The notes under the pieces were generated by a model. It searched no databases and was not told where the DNA came from. It worked only from the letters and a program-made list of their open reading frames with translations. 29,654 nucleotides of DNA from an archaeon (GTDB lineage: Archaea; AGJL01; Methanococci; Methanococcales; Methanocaldococcaceae). Below, one piece after another: positions 1-11,428 of this stretch (positions within the stretch are counted from its first letter, which is position 1; each line of letters begins with the position of its first letter). The position numbers were made by a program, and so were the translations under genes. The stretch is from assembly GCA_024278985.1 (NCBI GenBank), contig JAJRSC010000007.1:1-29654 (forward strand). The letters are read 5' to 3'.

Positions 1-876
1 AAATGCTGGAGGGTCAAGGATAGAGATATCAAAGGATGTATTTTTATTTAAAAACTCTTCTAAGACAGAGAAGGCATTACCCTCTATAAATTCATATCTA
101 TCTTTAGGGATATTATTAAGTTCCATATTTTCCTCTGCCAATTTTAGGGCTTTTTTTGATAAATCTATCCCTACAACATATGCCCCTTTTATTGCTGCAT
201 GTACTGAAAACCCTCCTGTATAACAACAAACATCTACAACCTTATCATTTTCTTTAACAAATCTCTCTATCTCTATCCTATTCTCCCTCTGGTCTAAAAA
301 AAACCCTGTTTTATGTCCTTTAACATTAACTATAAACTTGGCATTTCCTTCTGTTATTATTGTCTCTTTTTTACTTTTATCTCCAAAGATTTTATCTTTT
401 ATTTTATCTCCTTTTTTTCCTTTTTTTATATATATTGTCTCTATGTCAGATAAATTAAAAATTATATCAACAATATCCTTTAAATAGTTCTTTTCTATTA
501 GTTTAGACATTAATTGCATAGCCCCAATTTCATTATATTTATCAAAAATAATATTGGGTAGATAATCAGCTTCGGCATAAATCCATCTGTAAGTATTTTT
601 ATAATTTATTATATTCTCTCTAAAATCCTTTGATGCTTTTATTCTCTTATAAAAAAAGTTGTAGTCGATTTCTTCATCCTTTGTTGTAAGAATTTTTATA
701 ATTGCAGATTTAGGATTAAAAATAGCTTTAGCAACAAACTTATTTTTATAGGTGAGGATTACAATTTCTTCCTTTTTTGGAAAATCCTCCTTATTTTGAA
801 TAGCTTTTCTATATATTAATCTTGAAAAATTTTTTATTGAATTATAGGCTCTTTTATCTATTTCCAACTTTATCAT
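1..876 (-). CDS. RlmI/RlmK-like class I SAM-dependent rRNA methyltransferase (3' end runs off the window)
   Basis: Not in the ORF track. Read manually from ATG at 876: MIKLEIDKRAYNSIKNFSRLIY...KTGFFLDQRENR...DVCCYTGGFSVHAA...FDISILDPPAF. The GFFLDQR, YTGGF and LDPPAF motifs are typical of the RlmI family. Confidence 0.88.
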   Translation of the reverse strand, partial: MIKLEIDKRAYNSIKNFSRLIYRKAIQNKEDFPKKEEIVILTYKNKFVAKAIFNPKSAIIKILTTKDEEIDYNFFYKRIKASKDFRENIINYKNTYRWIYAEADYLPNIIFDKYNEIGAMQLMSKLIEKNYLKDIVDIIFNLSDIETIYIKKGKKGDKIKDKIFGDKSKKETIITEGNAKFIVNVKGHKTGFFLDQRENRIEIERFVKENDKVVDVCCYTGGFSVHAAIKGAYVVGIDLSKKALKLAEENMELNNIPKDRYEFIEGNAFSVLEEFLNKNTSFDISILDPPAF

Positions 877-885
877 AGTTATCAG

Positions 886-2496
886 TTATTTTATTGTTAT
901 TTTTGCATTTAGAAATATAGGACCTCTAACATCTATAACCTTATTGTTTTTTAAGATATACTCTAAAACCTTTTCATCAACTTTTATATTGATATCACTT
1001 AAACCTCTAACAATTGTAGCCCTAAATGAAAAGTTGTCAATATTTGATACTAAACACTCCTCTATTTTTGAAACTAACTTATAAATAACTCCATCTATAT
1101 ATCTAAACCCTAAATAAATTCCTTCTTCTTTAACTTTTTTTAATAGTTCTTTATATTCCTCTTTAATTCCTTCTAAACTTTCTGGAACTCCATAAATATT
1201 TCCATTATAAACATACAATTTATTTAATGCTGCTGGACCAAGAAGTTTTTTTCCTTCTTCATTTTCATAAATCTCCACAATAATTTCTCTTCTCTCTTTA
1301 TTAAATTCTAAAACTTTTCTTAATGTTAAAGTATATGGAGCTTCTCTATCTTTATTTTTAATACACTCAGATATAATTTCATTAGCAAAGTTGTATAAAT
1401 TGTCTAATATAGGAATTTTATCAATAAAAATATTCTCTGCTATCTCTTTATCATCCATTTTATAGTTATAAAATTGAGGATAAACCATCTTTCTAACATC
1501 ATCATAATTATATAATATCATGGCCAACCTTTCAACACCTAACCCAAGATTCATAACAGGGACATCAATATCATAATTTGCTAAAGCAATAGGGGAATAA
1601 ACTCCAAAGGTAGCTATTTCTAACCATCCAAGTTTAGGATGATAGGCATAAACTTCTGTCTGTGTTTCTGGAATATAGTATTTACTTCTTTTTTCATCCA
1701 ACTTAAATTTAAATCTTTCAAATCCAAACTGTTTTAATAAGCTAACAGCAACTGCTTTTCCTTCATCAACATCAACATCTTTATCAGCTATAACACAAGA
1801 TGCTGAATGATAACTCATAAGATGACTTTTATCTTCTCTTTGTTCTCTTCTAAAACATCTGTCAATTGAAAAGAGTTTTAAGGGTAGTTTTCTTTTTTTA
1901 ACTAAATAACTTAAAGTTATAAACCATCCTGAAGTCATATGACTTCTTAGTGTTAATTTACCTACCTCTGCTTTTAATTCCTTAAATTCAGGAAATGCCT
2001 TTTCTAAAATCTTTAATGCTAAATCATCAGAAATTTTTAAAGAATTTGCAATTTCTAAAACTAAATCATCACCATCTATTTCTCCCTTTTTGTATTTATG
2101 AAGGGTTTCTCTTAGTAGTTCTTTTTTTTCATCATCTATTTTAACCCCCAAATCTTCAATAATCTTTATTTTATCATTTCCTAAACCTACATCAGGCCTT
2201 GGAAGTCCTGCAAGATAAAAGAATCTATCTAATACAGCCATTGCCTCAGGGCCAAATTGCTTATAAATATCTTCTTCACTAACAATAATAGGATTTATTA
2301 CTTCTTCAAATCCCATTCTTAAATATGCCTGCCTTAATCTTTCAATGGTCTCTTTAACGGGATGCACCTTTCCAAAATCTATTTTTATTCTTGGATATTT
2401 TTTATCAATATGTTTTCTGTTTATAACTTCTCTACCTTTTAGCCATGCCTTCTCAAAATCTTTTTTAGCCAGTTCTTTATATTTTTCAAATTTCAT
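886..2496 (-). CDS. sepS: O-phosphoseryl-tRNA synthetase (SepRS)
   Basis: 536 aa class II aaRS, PheRS-like, with KQFGPEAMAVLDRFFYLAGLPRPDVG, TLRSHMTSGWF, SIDRCFRREQRED and NLGLGVERLAM. Confidence 0.96.
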   Translation of the reverse strand: MKFEKYKELAKKDFEKAWLKGREVINRKHIDKKYPRIKIDFGKVHPVKETIERLRQAYLRMGFEEVINPIIVSEEDIYKQFGPEAMAVLDRFFYLAGLPRPDVGLGNDKIKIIEDLGVKIDDEKKELLRETLHKYKKGEIDGDDLVLEIANSLKISDDLALKILEKAFPEFKELKAEVGKLTLRSHMTSGWFITLSYLVKKRKLPLKLFSIDRCFRREQREDKSHLMSYHSASCVIADKDVDVDEGKAVAVSLLKQFGFERFKFKLDEKRSKYYIPETQTEVYAYHPKLGWLEIATFGVYSPIALANYDIDVPVMNLGLGVERLAMILYNYDDVRKMVYPQFYNYKMDDKEIAENIFIDKIPILDNLYNFANEIISECIKNKDREAPYTLTLRKVLEFNKERREIIVEIYENEEGKKLLGPAALNKLYVYNGNIYGVPESLEGIKEEYKELLKKVKEEGIYLGFRYIDGVIYKLVSKIEECLVSNIDNFSFRATIVRGLSDINIKVDEKVLEYILKNNKVIDVRGPIFLNAKITIK

Positions 2497-2507
2497 TTAT
2501 TTCCCTC

Positions 2508-4112
2508 TTAAAAACTTAAATCTACTATCTTACCATTTTTAACTAAACCCTTATCAGTTATTTTTAATTCAGGGATAACTGACAATGTTAAAAAGCTCAT
2601 AACTAAAAAAGGATTTTCATAATAGCAATATTTATTAATTATATTTTCCATCTCTTCCAAGTCAGTAGTTATATCTTTATCTGACATAATTCCAGCTATT
2701 GGCATAGGAATAGATTTTAAAATTTCTCCTTCTTTAACTGCTATAAAGCCCCCTCCCATCTCTTTAATTTTGTTAATTGCTAAGCATATATCTTTATCAT
2801 TGTTCCCTATAACCACAACATTATGAGCATCATGGGAGTAAGAAGATGCTAAAGTAATATCTTTTAAAAATCTATAAACAAAACCTTTTCCTATATTTCC
2901 AGTATTTTTATGCCTTTCAATAACATAAATTTTATTAATATTCTGTTCATCTAAACATTTTTTAAGTTCATCTTTTTTAATTATTAGTTCTTTAGTTATT
3001 AAACTATCTTTTATAGGTTTTATAACCCTTATATGCTCCTTAGTAATTTGAATTTTTAAATCTTTTTCATTTATATTATTATATTTAATTGTATTTTTTT
3101 TCTTAATCTTAGGATGTTCAAAATTTAACTCATCTATTGACTTTCCTTCAATAAAAACATCTTTAATTTTAAATCTCTCTAAATCTTCAAATAATATAAA
3201 ATCAGCTTTATTTCCTGGTTTTATTCCTATATCAATATTAAAATAGTTTCCTGGATTTATTGTTACCATTTGAATGGCTTCTATTGGAGAAACATATTTA
3301 ACTGCCTTTTTTAAGATTTTTATCATATACCCATCTTTTAAATCCTTTGGGGAGATATCATCACTAACCAGCATAATATTCCTAAAATCTTTAATTTTTT
3401 TGCAAATATTTAGAAGATATATATTTTTTGCAACTGTTCCCTCTATAACCATTAATTTTAGACCTAATCTAATTTTTTCTAAAGCTTCCTCTTCATCAAC
3501 TGCCTCATGGTCAGACATTATTCCTACTTCAACATATTTATTTAACATTTCTCCCCTCAAAAGAGGACAATGTCCATCTATTAATTTATTGTATTTTTTA
3601 GCTAAATTTATTTTTTCCAAGAGTTCTTTTTTTCCATTGATAACTCCAATATAATCCATAACTTCTCCTAAACCTAAAACATTCTTTTCCTTAAAAAGTT
3701 CTTCAATTTCTTTAACTCCTATTTTATACCCAGATGTCTCTAAATCACTTGCAGGAACACATGAAGGAGCCATAACATAAACATCTAAATATTTTGCATT
3801 GTTAAGCATAAATTTAATTCCTTCAATACCTAAAACATTTGCTATTTCATGAGGGTCTATAACCACCTTAGAAACTCCAGATTTTAAAGCATATTTCTCA
3901 AAAATAGCAGGAATTAAGTGAGATGATTCAATATGAATATGACCATCTATAAAAGTGGGAGATAAAAAAAAATTTTTTAAGTTATAAACTTTTCCTTCTT
4001 CTATTTGGCAATCATAATCAACTATTTTAATAGTTTTATCAAAAACAACATTTGCCTTTTCAATCTCTCCTGTATATATATTTATTAAATTAATATCTTT
4101 GAATGTAATCAT
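2508..4112 (-). CDS. ade: Adenine deaminase
   Basis: Amidohydrolase motifs [32 protein letters not shown] and SHDAHN, plus C-terminal [13 protein letters not shown]. Confidence 0.92.
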   Translation of the reverse strand: MITFKDINLINIYTGEIEKANVVFDKTIKIVDYDCQIEEGKVYNLKNFFLSPTFIDGHIHIESSHLIPAIFEKYALKSGVSKVVIDPHEIANVLGIEGIKFMLNNAKYLDVYVMAPSCVPASDLETSGYKIGVKEIEELFKEKNVLGLGEVMDYIGVINGKKELLEKINLAKKYNKLIDGHCPLLRGEMLNKYVEVGIMSDHEAVDEEEALEKIRLGLKLMVIEGTVAKNIYLLNICKKIKDFRNIMLVSDDISPKDLKDGYMIKILKKAVKYVSPIEAIQMVTINPGNYFNIDIGIKPGNKADFILFEDLERFKIKDVFIEGKSIDELNFEHPKIKKKNTIKYNNINEKDLKIQITKEHIRVIKPIKDSLITKELIIKKDELKKCLDEQNINKIYVIERHKNTGNIGKGFVYRFLKDITLASSYSHDAHNVVVIGNNDKDICLAINKIKEMGGGFIAVKEGEILKSIPMPIAGIMSDKDITTDLEEMENIINKYCYYENPFLVMSFLTLSVIPELKITDKGLVKNGKIVDLSF

Positions 4113-5170
4113 AAATTAGCCCCATTCTTTTTTATGTTCTTCTTTACTCTACTTATATATTCATTTATTTTTTTGTTAATACTATCCTTTAATTCCTCTA
4201 AAATAATTAAATTTTCATCACTTATCTTTATTTTTTCTTCTTTATATGGAGTTTTTTTTAGTTTTTTCTTACCTTCTAAAACGTCAATATCAGTAAAAGT
4301 CCCTAAAAATTCCTTATTAGATTTTATTATTTCATTTTCTATCCAATATGCATATTTAGTTCCAAAAATAGAAAATAGAGGAAATTTTGTTATTACATTA
4401 GTTCCACTCATTATTAAAGGACTAATCATAGGAATCTTATCTGTCCATATTCCTGTTATTATTTTTATTTTAGGAAAGTTTATTCTTACAGATGAAACCC
4501 AGTTTATATATTCAATAGTTGTAACTGTAGGTTTATTTTCATAAATAGTTCCTTTTTGAGGATTTAAAGAGTAGAAAGTTATCCTATCCAACTCCAACTC
4601 TTCAATTAAATTTAAAAGTTTCTCTATATCTTCCTCTTTTTCACCTAAACCCAAAATTATTGTTATTCCTGTTTTTAAACCTAAATCTTTGGCTTTTAAA
4701 AGATATTCCTTAATTTTGTCTAATGGCTTTCCTGGGCAAATTTTATCTCTATCTTCTTTAACAGTCTCAACTGCTCCAACAACACCCTCAATAACATCTA
4801 AATTTATTTTTTCTAAGCCAGTAATTCCAACATTTAGGTACTGCCTACATTTCTGAACATAGGCAACTAATTCAGCAATTTTATTAATTTCTTCAGTAGA
4901 AAATCCATAACCTCCAGAAATAAATTCTAATTTCCAACCAATTCTTTTCATTAAAATAGCTTCTGCTAAAATACTCTCTAATCTTCTTCTTGCTTTTATA
5001 GGATTTTTTATCTTATCTTTTTGAGTACTCATATAGCAAAATTTACATGGATTGTCTAATGAACAATACCATCCTAAAAAAAGAGCTCTTTCAAAAGAGA
5101 TAGGGTAGGTTTTAGTTAGATTATAACATAACTTTACTCTATCTAAAAGTTCATTTATATCCATATTCAT
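4109..5170 (-). CDS. Radical SAM protein of the BioB-like TIM-barrel group, function unknown
   Basis: [13 protein letters not shown] cluster motif (CX5CX2C), ISGG, and [11 protein letters not shown]...LNPQKGT motifs. Start may be the second Met. Confidence 0.85.
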   Translation of the reverse strand: MNMDINELLDRVKLCYNLTKTYPISFERALFLGWYCSLDNPCKFCYMSTQKDKIKNPIKARRRLESILAEAILMKRIGWKLEFISGGYGFSTEEINKIAELVAYVQKCRQYLNVGITGLEKINLDVIEGVVGAVETVKEDRDKICPGKPLDKIKEYLLKAKDLGLKTGITIILGLGEKEEDIEKLLNLIEELELDRITFYSLNPQKGTIYENKPTVTTIEYINWVSSVRINFPKIKIITGIWTDKIPMISPLIMSGTNVITKFPLFSIFGTKYAYWIENEIIKSNKEFLGTFTDIDVLEGKKKLKKTPYKEEKIKISDENLIILEELKDSINKKINEYISRVKKNIKKNGANL

Positions 5171-5576
5171 TCTCCATATACTTATCTATTAATTTTGTAG
5201 GAACTCTTACACTAAAACCTAATCTTTCCAAAATGATATTATTTAAAAGAATTTTTAAAATTTCCTTACCTTCTTTGGATGTTGTTATTTCATTAAGTTT
5301 TCTACTAATAGCTGGAGATTTTAGTTTTTTTAAGACCTCAGCAATTTCTTCCTCAGAAAGTCTTCCCTTTTTTTTAATATATATTTCATCAGCAATTTTA
5401 TATAACTTATCTAAGTCAAAAGGTAAATACTCCAAAAATTTTTTACTTACAGTTTCATCAATTGAATTTAACAATCTTGCAATTTCAATATTCTCAATAT
5501 GTTCATCAATTTTTAATTTTTTTACAACAAACCAATTTTTATGCTTTGCAAAAAATTCAATCTTCTCATCTACCAA
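5151..5576 (-). CDS. Conserved archaeal hypothetical protein (DUF2666-like)
   Basis: 141 aa, TTG start preceded by GTGGTGGGAG RBS. Family call is from recalled similarity of the N-terminus (IEFFAKHKNWFVVKKLKID). Confidence 0.7.
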   Translation of the reverse strand: MVDEKIEFFAKHKNWFVVKKLKIDEHIENIEIARLLNSIDETVSKKFLEYLPFDLDKLYKIADEIYIKKKGRLSEEEIAEVLKKLKSPAISRKLNEITTSKEGKEILKILLNNIILERLGFSVRVPTKLIDKYMENEYGYK

Positions 5577-5590
5577 TATCTCCCACCACT

Positions 5591-5815
5591 CTATAATATT
5601 GCTTTTAATAATGGGTCTGTTACTTCTTCTGGAGAGATTTCTTTAATTTCTTTTATAATTATTCTTGACCTTTTAACTTTATATCTTCCTCCAAATTCAG
5701 AATATACTTGTTCTATGGCATCCTCTTCTTTTATTACCTTATACTCTCTTTTAAATGTTAAAGGTTCTTTTCCTTTTTTTCTCATTTCTCCTATAATTCT
5801 TATTATCTTAACCAT
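5591..5815 (-). CDS. rpl18a: 50S ribosomal protein L18Ae (LX / eL20)
   Basis: 74 aa with FKREYK...DAIEQVYSEFGGRYKVKRSRIII signature. Confidence 0.92.
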   Translation of the reverse strand: MVKIIRIIGEMRKKGKEPLTFKREYKVIKEEDAIEQVYSEFGGRYKVKRSRIIIKEIKEISPEEVTDPLLKAIL

Positions 5816-5822
5816 ATAACTA

Positions 5823-6068
5823 TCACCTCTCTTTACATATCTTATATATATTTTGAGAAACTGATATCCATCTTAAGTAAGAATATAATGATGCTTTTAA
5901 TATAGACAACTCTTTAGATTCAACATAGATGCATATCTTATTTTTATTTATATTCATTTTGGCTTTTGATTTTATTTGACTATCAATATGTTCAGGATAT
6001 ATAGACTTATAAATTATATTTGCCTCTTCTTCACTATCAAAAGATATATTTAAAGTGAAAGAATTCAT
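5823..6068 (-). CDS. pcc1: KEOPS complex subunit Pcc1
   Basis: 81 aa with ANIIYKSIYPE and LKASLYSYLRW patterns, in its conserved position after the Brix gene. Confidence 0.85.
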   Translation of the reverse strand: MNSFTLNISFDSEEEANIIYKSIYPEHIDSQIKSKAKMNINKNKICIYVESKELSILKASLYSYLRWISVSQNIYKICKER

Positions 6069-6074
6069 TCTCTA

Positions 6075-6560
6075 TCACTCTAAACTATCAAAATGTTTAA
6101 CAGATTTTACTCTTATTAAAGGCCCTATTTTAATTCTATCCTTATAAAACTGTATAGCAAATAAATATCTATCAGGTTCTACTGAAAGAATAAAATTTGA
6201 ATCATCTGAAAGATTTAAATGTTTAAAGAAAAATTCATTATATAAAGGAAGAAACTCATTATTATGTTTTATATTTATTTTTATGCCATTGTTATTTTTT
6301 ACTTTCTCTCCACAAATCTCTTTTTGGAGTTTTACAGTTATAAAACTTGATAATCTTTCTTCTTTCTCAACATCATAAAATACTAATGTTCCAGGATTAC
6401 CTTTAAATTCTCCTATTAAGATAATATGATTATCTATTTCAAATAATTCTTTTAAAGGTTGTTTTCCTCTTTGAATATATGGAATATTTAAAACCCTCTC
6501 CAAATCCCTTGCAAAACTTCTTGTTCTTTGTGAGGGTTTTCTTGATGTTGTAATTATCAT
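6075..6560 (-). CDS. Brix-domain ribosome biogenesis protein (Imp4-like)
   Basis: [20 protein letters not shown]...RGK...GNPG N-terminal Brix motif. Confidence 0.9.
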   Translation of the reverse strand: MIITTSRKPSQRTRSFARDLERVLNIPYIQRGKQPLKELFEIDNHIILIGEFKGNPGTLVFYDVEKEERLSSFITVKLQKEICGEKVKNNNGIKINIKHNNEFLPLYNEFFFKHLNLSDDSNFILSVEPDRYLFAIQFYKDRIKIGPLIRVKSVKHFDSLE

Positions 6561-6562
6561 AA

Positions 6563-6703
6563 TTATCTTGCTCTTACAACTTTAACAACTTTTGGTCTTA
6601 ACTTAACTAATATTTTATAACTACAATATGGGCATCTTACTCTATTTCCTAAATCTTCCAATTTTATAACTTTTTTACATTTTAGACATTTATACTCAAC
6701 CAT
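6563..6703 (-). CDS. rpoP: DNA-directed RNA polymerase subunit P (Rpo12)
   Basis: Missing from the ORF track (46 aa). Manual translation [46 protein letters not shown] is a zinc ribbon, in the conserved slot between rpl37ae and Brix. Confidence 0.95.
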   Translation of the reverse strand: MVEYKCLKCKKVIKLEDLGNRVRCPYCSYKILVKLRPKVVKVVRAR

Positions 6704-6726
6704 AATTATCACAAAAAAATTTAAAA

Positions 6727-7005
6727 TTATTCTTCTTTTCTGTCTAAAATTCTTCTTATTGCTTTCATTACAGCTTTTCCTGCACCTGTTTCTGGGGTGT
6801 AAGCTCCCCCGGCTATTTTAGCCCCACATTTTCCACAAACCCATATTGATGTTGAAACTCTTTTTAATTTTAAAAATCCACAAACAGGACATTTATATGT
6901 CTTTTTTGCTTTAACTTCTACATCTCTAACTCTTGCTCTAATCTTTAATCCATATCTTGGCCCAAATCTTCCAGCTGGTCCTACTTTTTTAGTATGACTA
7001 AACAT
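6727..7005 (-). CDS. rpl37ae: 50S ribosomal protein L37Ae (eL43)
   Basis: [19 protein letters not shown]...CGKC zinc finger, GGAY; GGAGGTGA RBS. Confidence 0.97.
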   Translation of the reverse strand: MFSHTKKVGPAGRFGPRYGLKIRARVRDVEVKAKKTYKCPVCGFLKLKRVSTSIWVCGKCGAKIAGGAYTPETGAGKAVMKAIRRILDRKEE

Positions 7006-7023
7006 ACTGTTTCACCTCCTAAA

Positions 7024-7731
7024 TTAAACATCATATTTTTTAACTACTTTAGTTAATACAGTTCCTTTAGTAGCTTTATTTAGTTGAGCATAAAATTCTG
7101 ATTCCAATCCACTTGGAATTTCTATTAATACAATTAAAGAACCATCAGGTTGCCATTCTTCCTGTTTAACTGCTCCAAAGTTATAAAGCATATTATAAAC
7201 TTTAGAAGCATACTCAGGTGGAATTTTAACAGCTATATCTCTTTTCTCAAATTTTATAGGTAATAATCTTTTTAATTTTTTAACAATATCTGGAACTTGC
7301 TCTTCAGCAGATTTATAAATATCTATATTAATCCTAAGTTCTTCCATTGCCCTCTTAATTCTTTGAGGAGGGTGTGGGGTATCTGTTTGAGGGTTAATAG
7401 TATTTCTACAAATAATATTTATAATTTGTCTCTTTTTTTGTTCTCTAATTTCTTCTCTCTGTTTAGCAGTTAATTGAACATGACCTTTTTTAATTATTAT
7501 TTTAGCAATTTCTTTAATATCAGTAGTACCAAAAATTTTTTTTAAAAGTTCTTCAGGAGCTTTTTCTCCTTTATGTGCATCTTTAAATACTGTATCTATT
7601 GCTAAAAGTTCATCTATATCTATATCTTGTCCTTCTTTAAGTTTAGCAGCTAAATATGGGTCAACCAATATTTCAAATTTTTCTCCATGATATACATATC
7701 TGGCAATAACTGCCTCATCTAAGGACACCAT
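7024..7731 (-). CDS. Ribosome maturation factor SBDS/Sdo1
   Basis: [22 protein letters not shown] and [13 protein letters not shown] motifs. Confidence 0.95.
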   Translation of the reverse strand: MVSLDEAVIARYVYHGEKFEILVDPYLAAKLKEGQDIDIDELLAIDTVFKDAHKGEKAPEELLKKIFGTTDIKEIAKIIIKKGHVQLTAKQREEIREQKKRQIINIICRNTINPQTDTPHPPQRIKRAMEELRINIDIYKSAEEQVPDIVKKLKRLLPIKFEKRDIAVKIPPEYASKVYNMLYNFGAVKQEEWQPDGSLIVLIEIPSGLESEFYAQLNKATKGTVLTKVVKKYDV

Positions 7732-7822
7732 AATATACCACCTAAAACTAATATTTAAAATTATCTATTAGTAGTTAATAATAAAATTTTATCAGCATAT
7801 ATATTTTTAGGGGAGATAATCA

Positions 7823-8356
7823 ATGGTAAAGGATGCTAAAGGATTAGATAAGCAATGGGTAATATTATCTGAACTAATAAATGAACTTTTTAAAAGAGAT
7901 GTTTATGTTCCTGAAGATGTTTTAAATAGGTTAAGAATTGCTTATACAAAACTATCCTATTATCTTTTAGATGAACATGCAACCTTAGAAACTTTAAGAG
8001 ATGTAGAGATAGACCTTAATTATATTCAGTCAAAACTTTTTCCCTTATGTGAGGAGTCTCTATTCAATGAGTTTTTAGATAAGTTATCTAAGGCATTAAC
8101 TGGAGAGTTAAATGTTGAATTTCCTTTAGATAGAAAATTTTTTAATAAAGAGGTAAGAAAAAGGGGAAAGGTAGAAAGTGTTAGAGTTAAGTTAATGAAA
8201 TATATTGATGACGATAGATTAATAGATTTAGGAGAATGGCATGGGGTTATCTTTGAATATAGTTCTGAAGATGACTTAAAGGTTATAATTGAAGGAGAGA
8301 AAAAAAGAGTTATAAAAGCTTTAAAAGAATTCTCAATTATGTGGAAATCTGATTAA
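7823..8356 (+). CDS. Conserved methanogen hypothetical protein (DUF2096-like)
   Basis: 177 aa ORF with GGGGAG RBS. QWVILSEL and EWHGVIFE segments resemble DUF2096 as recalled. Confidence 0.7.
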   Translation: MVKDAKGLDKQWVILSELINELFKRDVYVPEDVLNRLRIAYTKLSYYLLDEHATLETLRDVEIDLNYIQSKLFPLCEESLFNEFLDKLSKALTGELNVEFPLDRKFFNKEVRKRGKVESVRVKLMKYIDDDRLIDLGEWHGVIFEYSSEDDLKVIIEGEKKRVIKALKEFSIMWKSD

Positions 8357-9474
8357 TCAACTTTAAACTCTCCTTTTTCTATTTTTTTCTTTAATTCTTT
8401 AGCTAATTTTATAGCTCTTTTTCTATCTGATTGCCTACATGTTATAGGTATTCCACATATTGAACCAAGTTTTATTTCAAAAGCCTTACAAAGATATCCA
8501 CAAACTCCACAGCCAAAACAGTCCTCAGTTATAGTTATTTTATTATTTTCTTTTTTAATTGCAAAAGTTGGACAGTTTTCTTCAGCTAAACACTTATTAC
8601 AATTTCTACACATATCATAATTAATTTTTGGTCTTAAATCTACATTTTCCCAAACATCAGAATATTTTCCATAATCAATAATTTCCCTACCAAATATATT
8701 AACTAATGGCAAAGGGATAGAATCATCAACCTTTTTTAAAGCATTTATATGTTCTTTAACTTTTATGGGTAATGCTACAGTATTATATATTTCAATACCT
8801 GCAGAAGTTAAAAATCCTCCTAAATAATAAGAGTCCATCTCTTTCATATCTGCTGATAACATAATATTTGGTTTTTCTAAACTTGCCCTTGTTCCAAAAC
8901 CTAATATTATAGCTTCAGCATTGTTTAATAATGCCCTTTTTCCTAAAATATCCTTTTCACTTTTGATAATCATATTTTCCAAAGGATTATATTCTCCACA
9001 CCCAGAAAAAGATGCTTCATTAGGCTTTAATGTTAATCTATGGAATATAGTTTTAACTTCTTTATTGGTTGTAAATGCCATATAATTCTTAAATGCCAAT
9101 CTTGTCCCTATCATCTTAGCAGTTTCTAAGTCCTTAATAGTAAATATTTCCTCTATAACTTTGTTATCATCAGTTATTACCTTAACATCTATCTCTTTCC
9201 CAGCAACTATATCCTTAAATAAAAAACCTACCTCTCCAAAAAATATGGCATCAACTCTCCCTAAATATTCATTTGGACAAACTCCAACAACTCCCTCTAT
9301 ATCATTAAAATAAATCTTTTCTGCTTTTCTAAATATTGAATTAAAATTTAAATGGAAAATTCCAGAAGTTCCAGACATTATTCCGCAGGTTGCTGTTGTA
9401 ACTATATCTATCTCACTTATATCTTCATTATTCTTAATCATCTTTTTAAATTTATCAACAGTTACAACTTTCAT
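8353..9474 (-). CDS. Methanogenesis marker 16 metalloprotein (DUF39-like domain plus C-terminal 2[4Fe-4S] ferredoxin)
   Basis: [55 protein letters not shown] and PITCRQSDR. Confidence 0.85.
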   Translation of the reverse strand: MKVVTVDKFKKMIKNNEDISEIDIVTTATCGIMSGTSGIFHLNFNSIFRKAEKIYFNDIEGVVGVCPNEYLGRVDAIFFGEVGFLFKDIVAGKEIDVKVITDDNKVIEEIFTIKDLETAKMIGTRLAFKNYMAFTTNKEVKTIFHRLTLKPNEASFSGCGEYNPLENMIIKSEKDILGKRALLNNAEAIILGFGTRASLEKPNIMLSADMKEMDSYYLGGFLTSAGIEIYNTVALPIKVKEHINALKKVDDSIPLPLVNIFGREIIDYGKYSDVWENVDLRPKINYDMCRNCNKCLAEENCPTFAIKKENNKITITEDCFGCGVCGYLCKAFEIKLGSICGIPITCRQSDRKRAIKLAKELKKKIEKGEFKVD

Positions 9475-10673
9475 ATTTCTCTACCTAATGCTTTTGCAAC
9501 TGTTTGAACATCTTTATCTCCTCTACCAGAAAGATTTACTACAATAATATCATTTTTATCAAACTTATCAGCTATCTTTAAAAGATATGCCAAGGCATGG
9601 GAACTTTCTAAGGCTGGGAGGATTCCCTCATATTTACATAATATTTTAAAAGCCTCTAAAGCTTCATCATCAGTAACTGCAACTGGTTTAATTCTTCCAA
9701 TATCTTTTAAAAATGACAACTCAGGACCTACTCCCGGATAATCCAACCCAGCAGATATGGAATAACTTTCCTCAATTTGACCATATTCATCTTCCTTAAC
9801 ATATATCTTTGCTCCATGTAAAACTCCAACATCTCCAGCACATAATGATGCTCCATGCATCCCTGTTTCTATTCCTTTTCCTCCAGCTTCAACAGCATAT
9901 AATTCAACATCATCATCTAAAAACTCATAAAATGCTCCTATAGCATTACTTCCTCCACCAACACATGCAATTATAGCATTAGGTAGTTTATTCTCTTTTT
10001 CTAAGATTTGTTTTTTTATTTCTTCACCAATAACTCTCTGAAATTCTCTAACCATAACAGGATAAGGATGAGGTCCTAAAGCAGAACCAAGTAAATAGTA
10101 AGTTGTTCTTACATTAGTAGTCCAATCTCTTAAAGCTTCATTAACAGCATCCTTTAATGTTTGAGAGCCTCCATATACAGGAATAACTTTTGCACCCATA
10201 AGTTCCATTCTAAAGACATTTAATTTTTGCCTTTCGACATCTTTAGCTCCCATATAGATATGACACTCTAAACCAAGTTTTGCAGATACTGATGCTGTTG
10301 CAACTCCATGCTGTCCTGCTCCAGTTTCTGCTATTATCCTTTTTTTACCCATTTTTTTAGCTAATAATGCCTGCCCAATAGCATTATTAATCTTATGAGC
10401 TCCCAAATGGCATAAATCTTCTCTTTTTAAATAAACCTTAACTCCCAACACCTCACTCAATCTTTCAGCATAATAGAGAGGTGTAGGTCTTCCAGCATAA
10501 TCTTTTAACAACTTATAAAATTCTTCTTTAAAATTTCCTTCATTTTTAAACCAAAATTTATAAAATGCCTCTTCCAACTCTTCAATAGCAGGCATTAATG
10601 TCTCTGGAACAAATTTACCCCCATAAATTCCAAATTTTCCATCTTTTGTTGGATATTTATCTTTAAGTTTCAT
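9471..10673 (-). CDS. trpB: Tryptophan synthase beta chain (TrpB1 type)
   Basis: LKREDL.H.GAHKINN (PLP Lys), [31 protein letters not shown] and NLSGRGDKD. Confidence 0.97.
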   Translation of the reverse strand: MKLKDKYPTKDGKFGIYGGKFVPETLMPAIEELEEAFYKFWFKNEGNFKEEFYKLLKDYAGRPTPLYYAERLSEVLGVKVYLKREDLCHLGAHKINNAIGQALLAKKMGKKRIIAETGAGQHGVATASVSAKLGLECHIYMGAKDVERQKLNVFRMELMGAKVIPVYGGSQTLKDAVNEALRDWTTNVRTTYYLLGSALGPHPYPVMVREFQRVIGEEIKKQILEKENKLPNAIIACVGGGSNAIGAFYEFLDDDVELYAVEAGGKGIETGMHGASLCAGDVGVLHGAKIYVKEDEYGQIEESYSISAGLDYPGVGPELSFLKDIGRIKPVAVTDDEALEAFKILCKYEGILPALESSHALAYLLKIADKFDKNDIIVVNLSGRGDKDVQTVAKALGREI

Positions 10674-10683
10674 ATCTAAAACC

Positions 10684-11403
10684 TTATCTATATTTTTCTA
10701 AATTTAGACATACTTTTTTATAGTATTTTTTTAATTCATTAAGAATTTTTTCTCTATTATTAAAAAATTTCTCAATTTCTTCACATTCAAGAATTGCAAT
10801 ATCTCCAAAATCTCTTAACCTTATAACTTTATTGGAAAATTTTCTTAAAAAATCTTCAAGTTTCTCAACTTTTTTAATATCTTTAAGTGTAACATCTTTC
10901 TCAAATCTTGTTAATAAACAGGTTTCTTTTGGAGGAATCCCAATATTTAAAGATTTAGCTTTATTTATAATATCTTTTTTAGTTATATTAAATTCTGCCA
11001 ATGGAGATAGTATAGAAAGCTCTTTCTTAGCCTTTAATCCAGGTCTATCTTCAGATAAGTCATCATATATGGTTCCGTCAACAACTATATCATAGCCCTC
11101 TTTTTCTTTAATATTGTTTAAGATTTTAAACATCCTTTTTTTACAGTAGTAACATCTTAATGAATCATTTTTAATTATATCATTTAAATAAATAACTCTT
11201 AGATTGAGGTTATATTCTTTAGCATATTTTATGGCATTATTTAAGGAATATTCTGAAATAAAAGGGAATTTAATAAAAACACATAAAACATCAGAAACTT
11301 TATTTAATAGAACTGATAAGATTAAACTATCAATACCTCCAGAATATGCTATAACAATTTTTTTATCTTTATATTTATTAGTAAGTCTATCAAATTTATC
11401 CAT
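10684..11403 (-). CDS. LarE-like ATP-dependent sulfur transferase (PP-loop)
   Basis: [10 protein letters not shown]-loop, RCYYCK, DGT..DD...DRPG and a later CLLTRF. Confidence 0.82.
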   Translation of the reverse strand: MDKFDRLTNKYKDKKIVIAYSGGIDSLILSVLLNKVSDVLCVFIKFPFISEYSLNNAIKYAKEYNLNLRVIYLNDIIKNDSLRCYYCKKRMFKILNNIKEKEGYDIVVDGTIYDDLSEDRPGLKAKKELSILSPLAEFNITKKDIINKAKSLNIGIPPKETCLLTRFEKDVTLKDIKKVEKLEDFLRKFSNKVIRLRDFGDIAILECEEIEKFFNNREKILNELKKYYKKVCLNLEKYR

Positions 11404-11428
11404 ATTCTAACCTTAAGGTGGTTGAGTT

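Noticed and set aside
4109-5170. Naming the radical SAM gene hcgA or bioB
   Set aside because: Only the Cys spacing suggests HcgA. There is no hmd/hcg or biotin gene context and I cannot confirm orthology.
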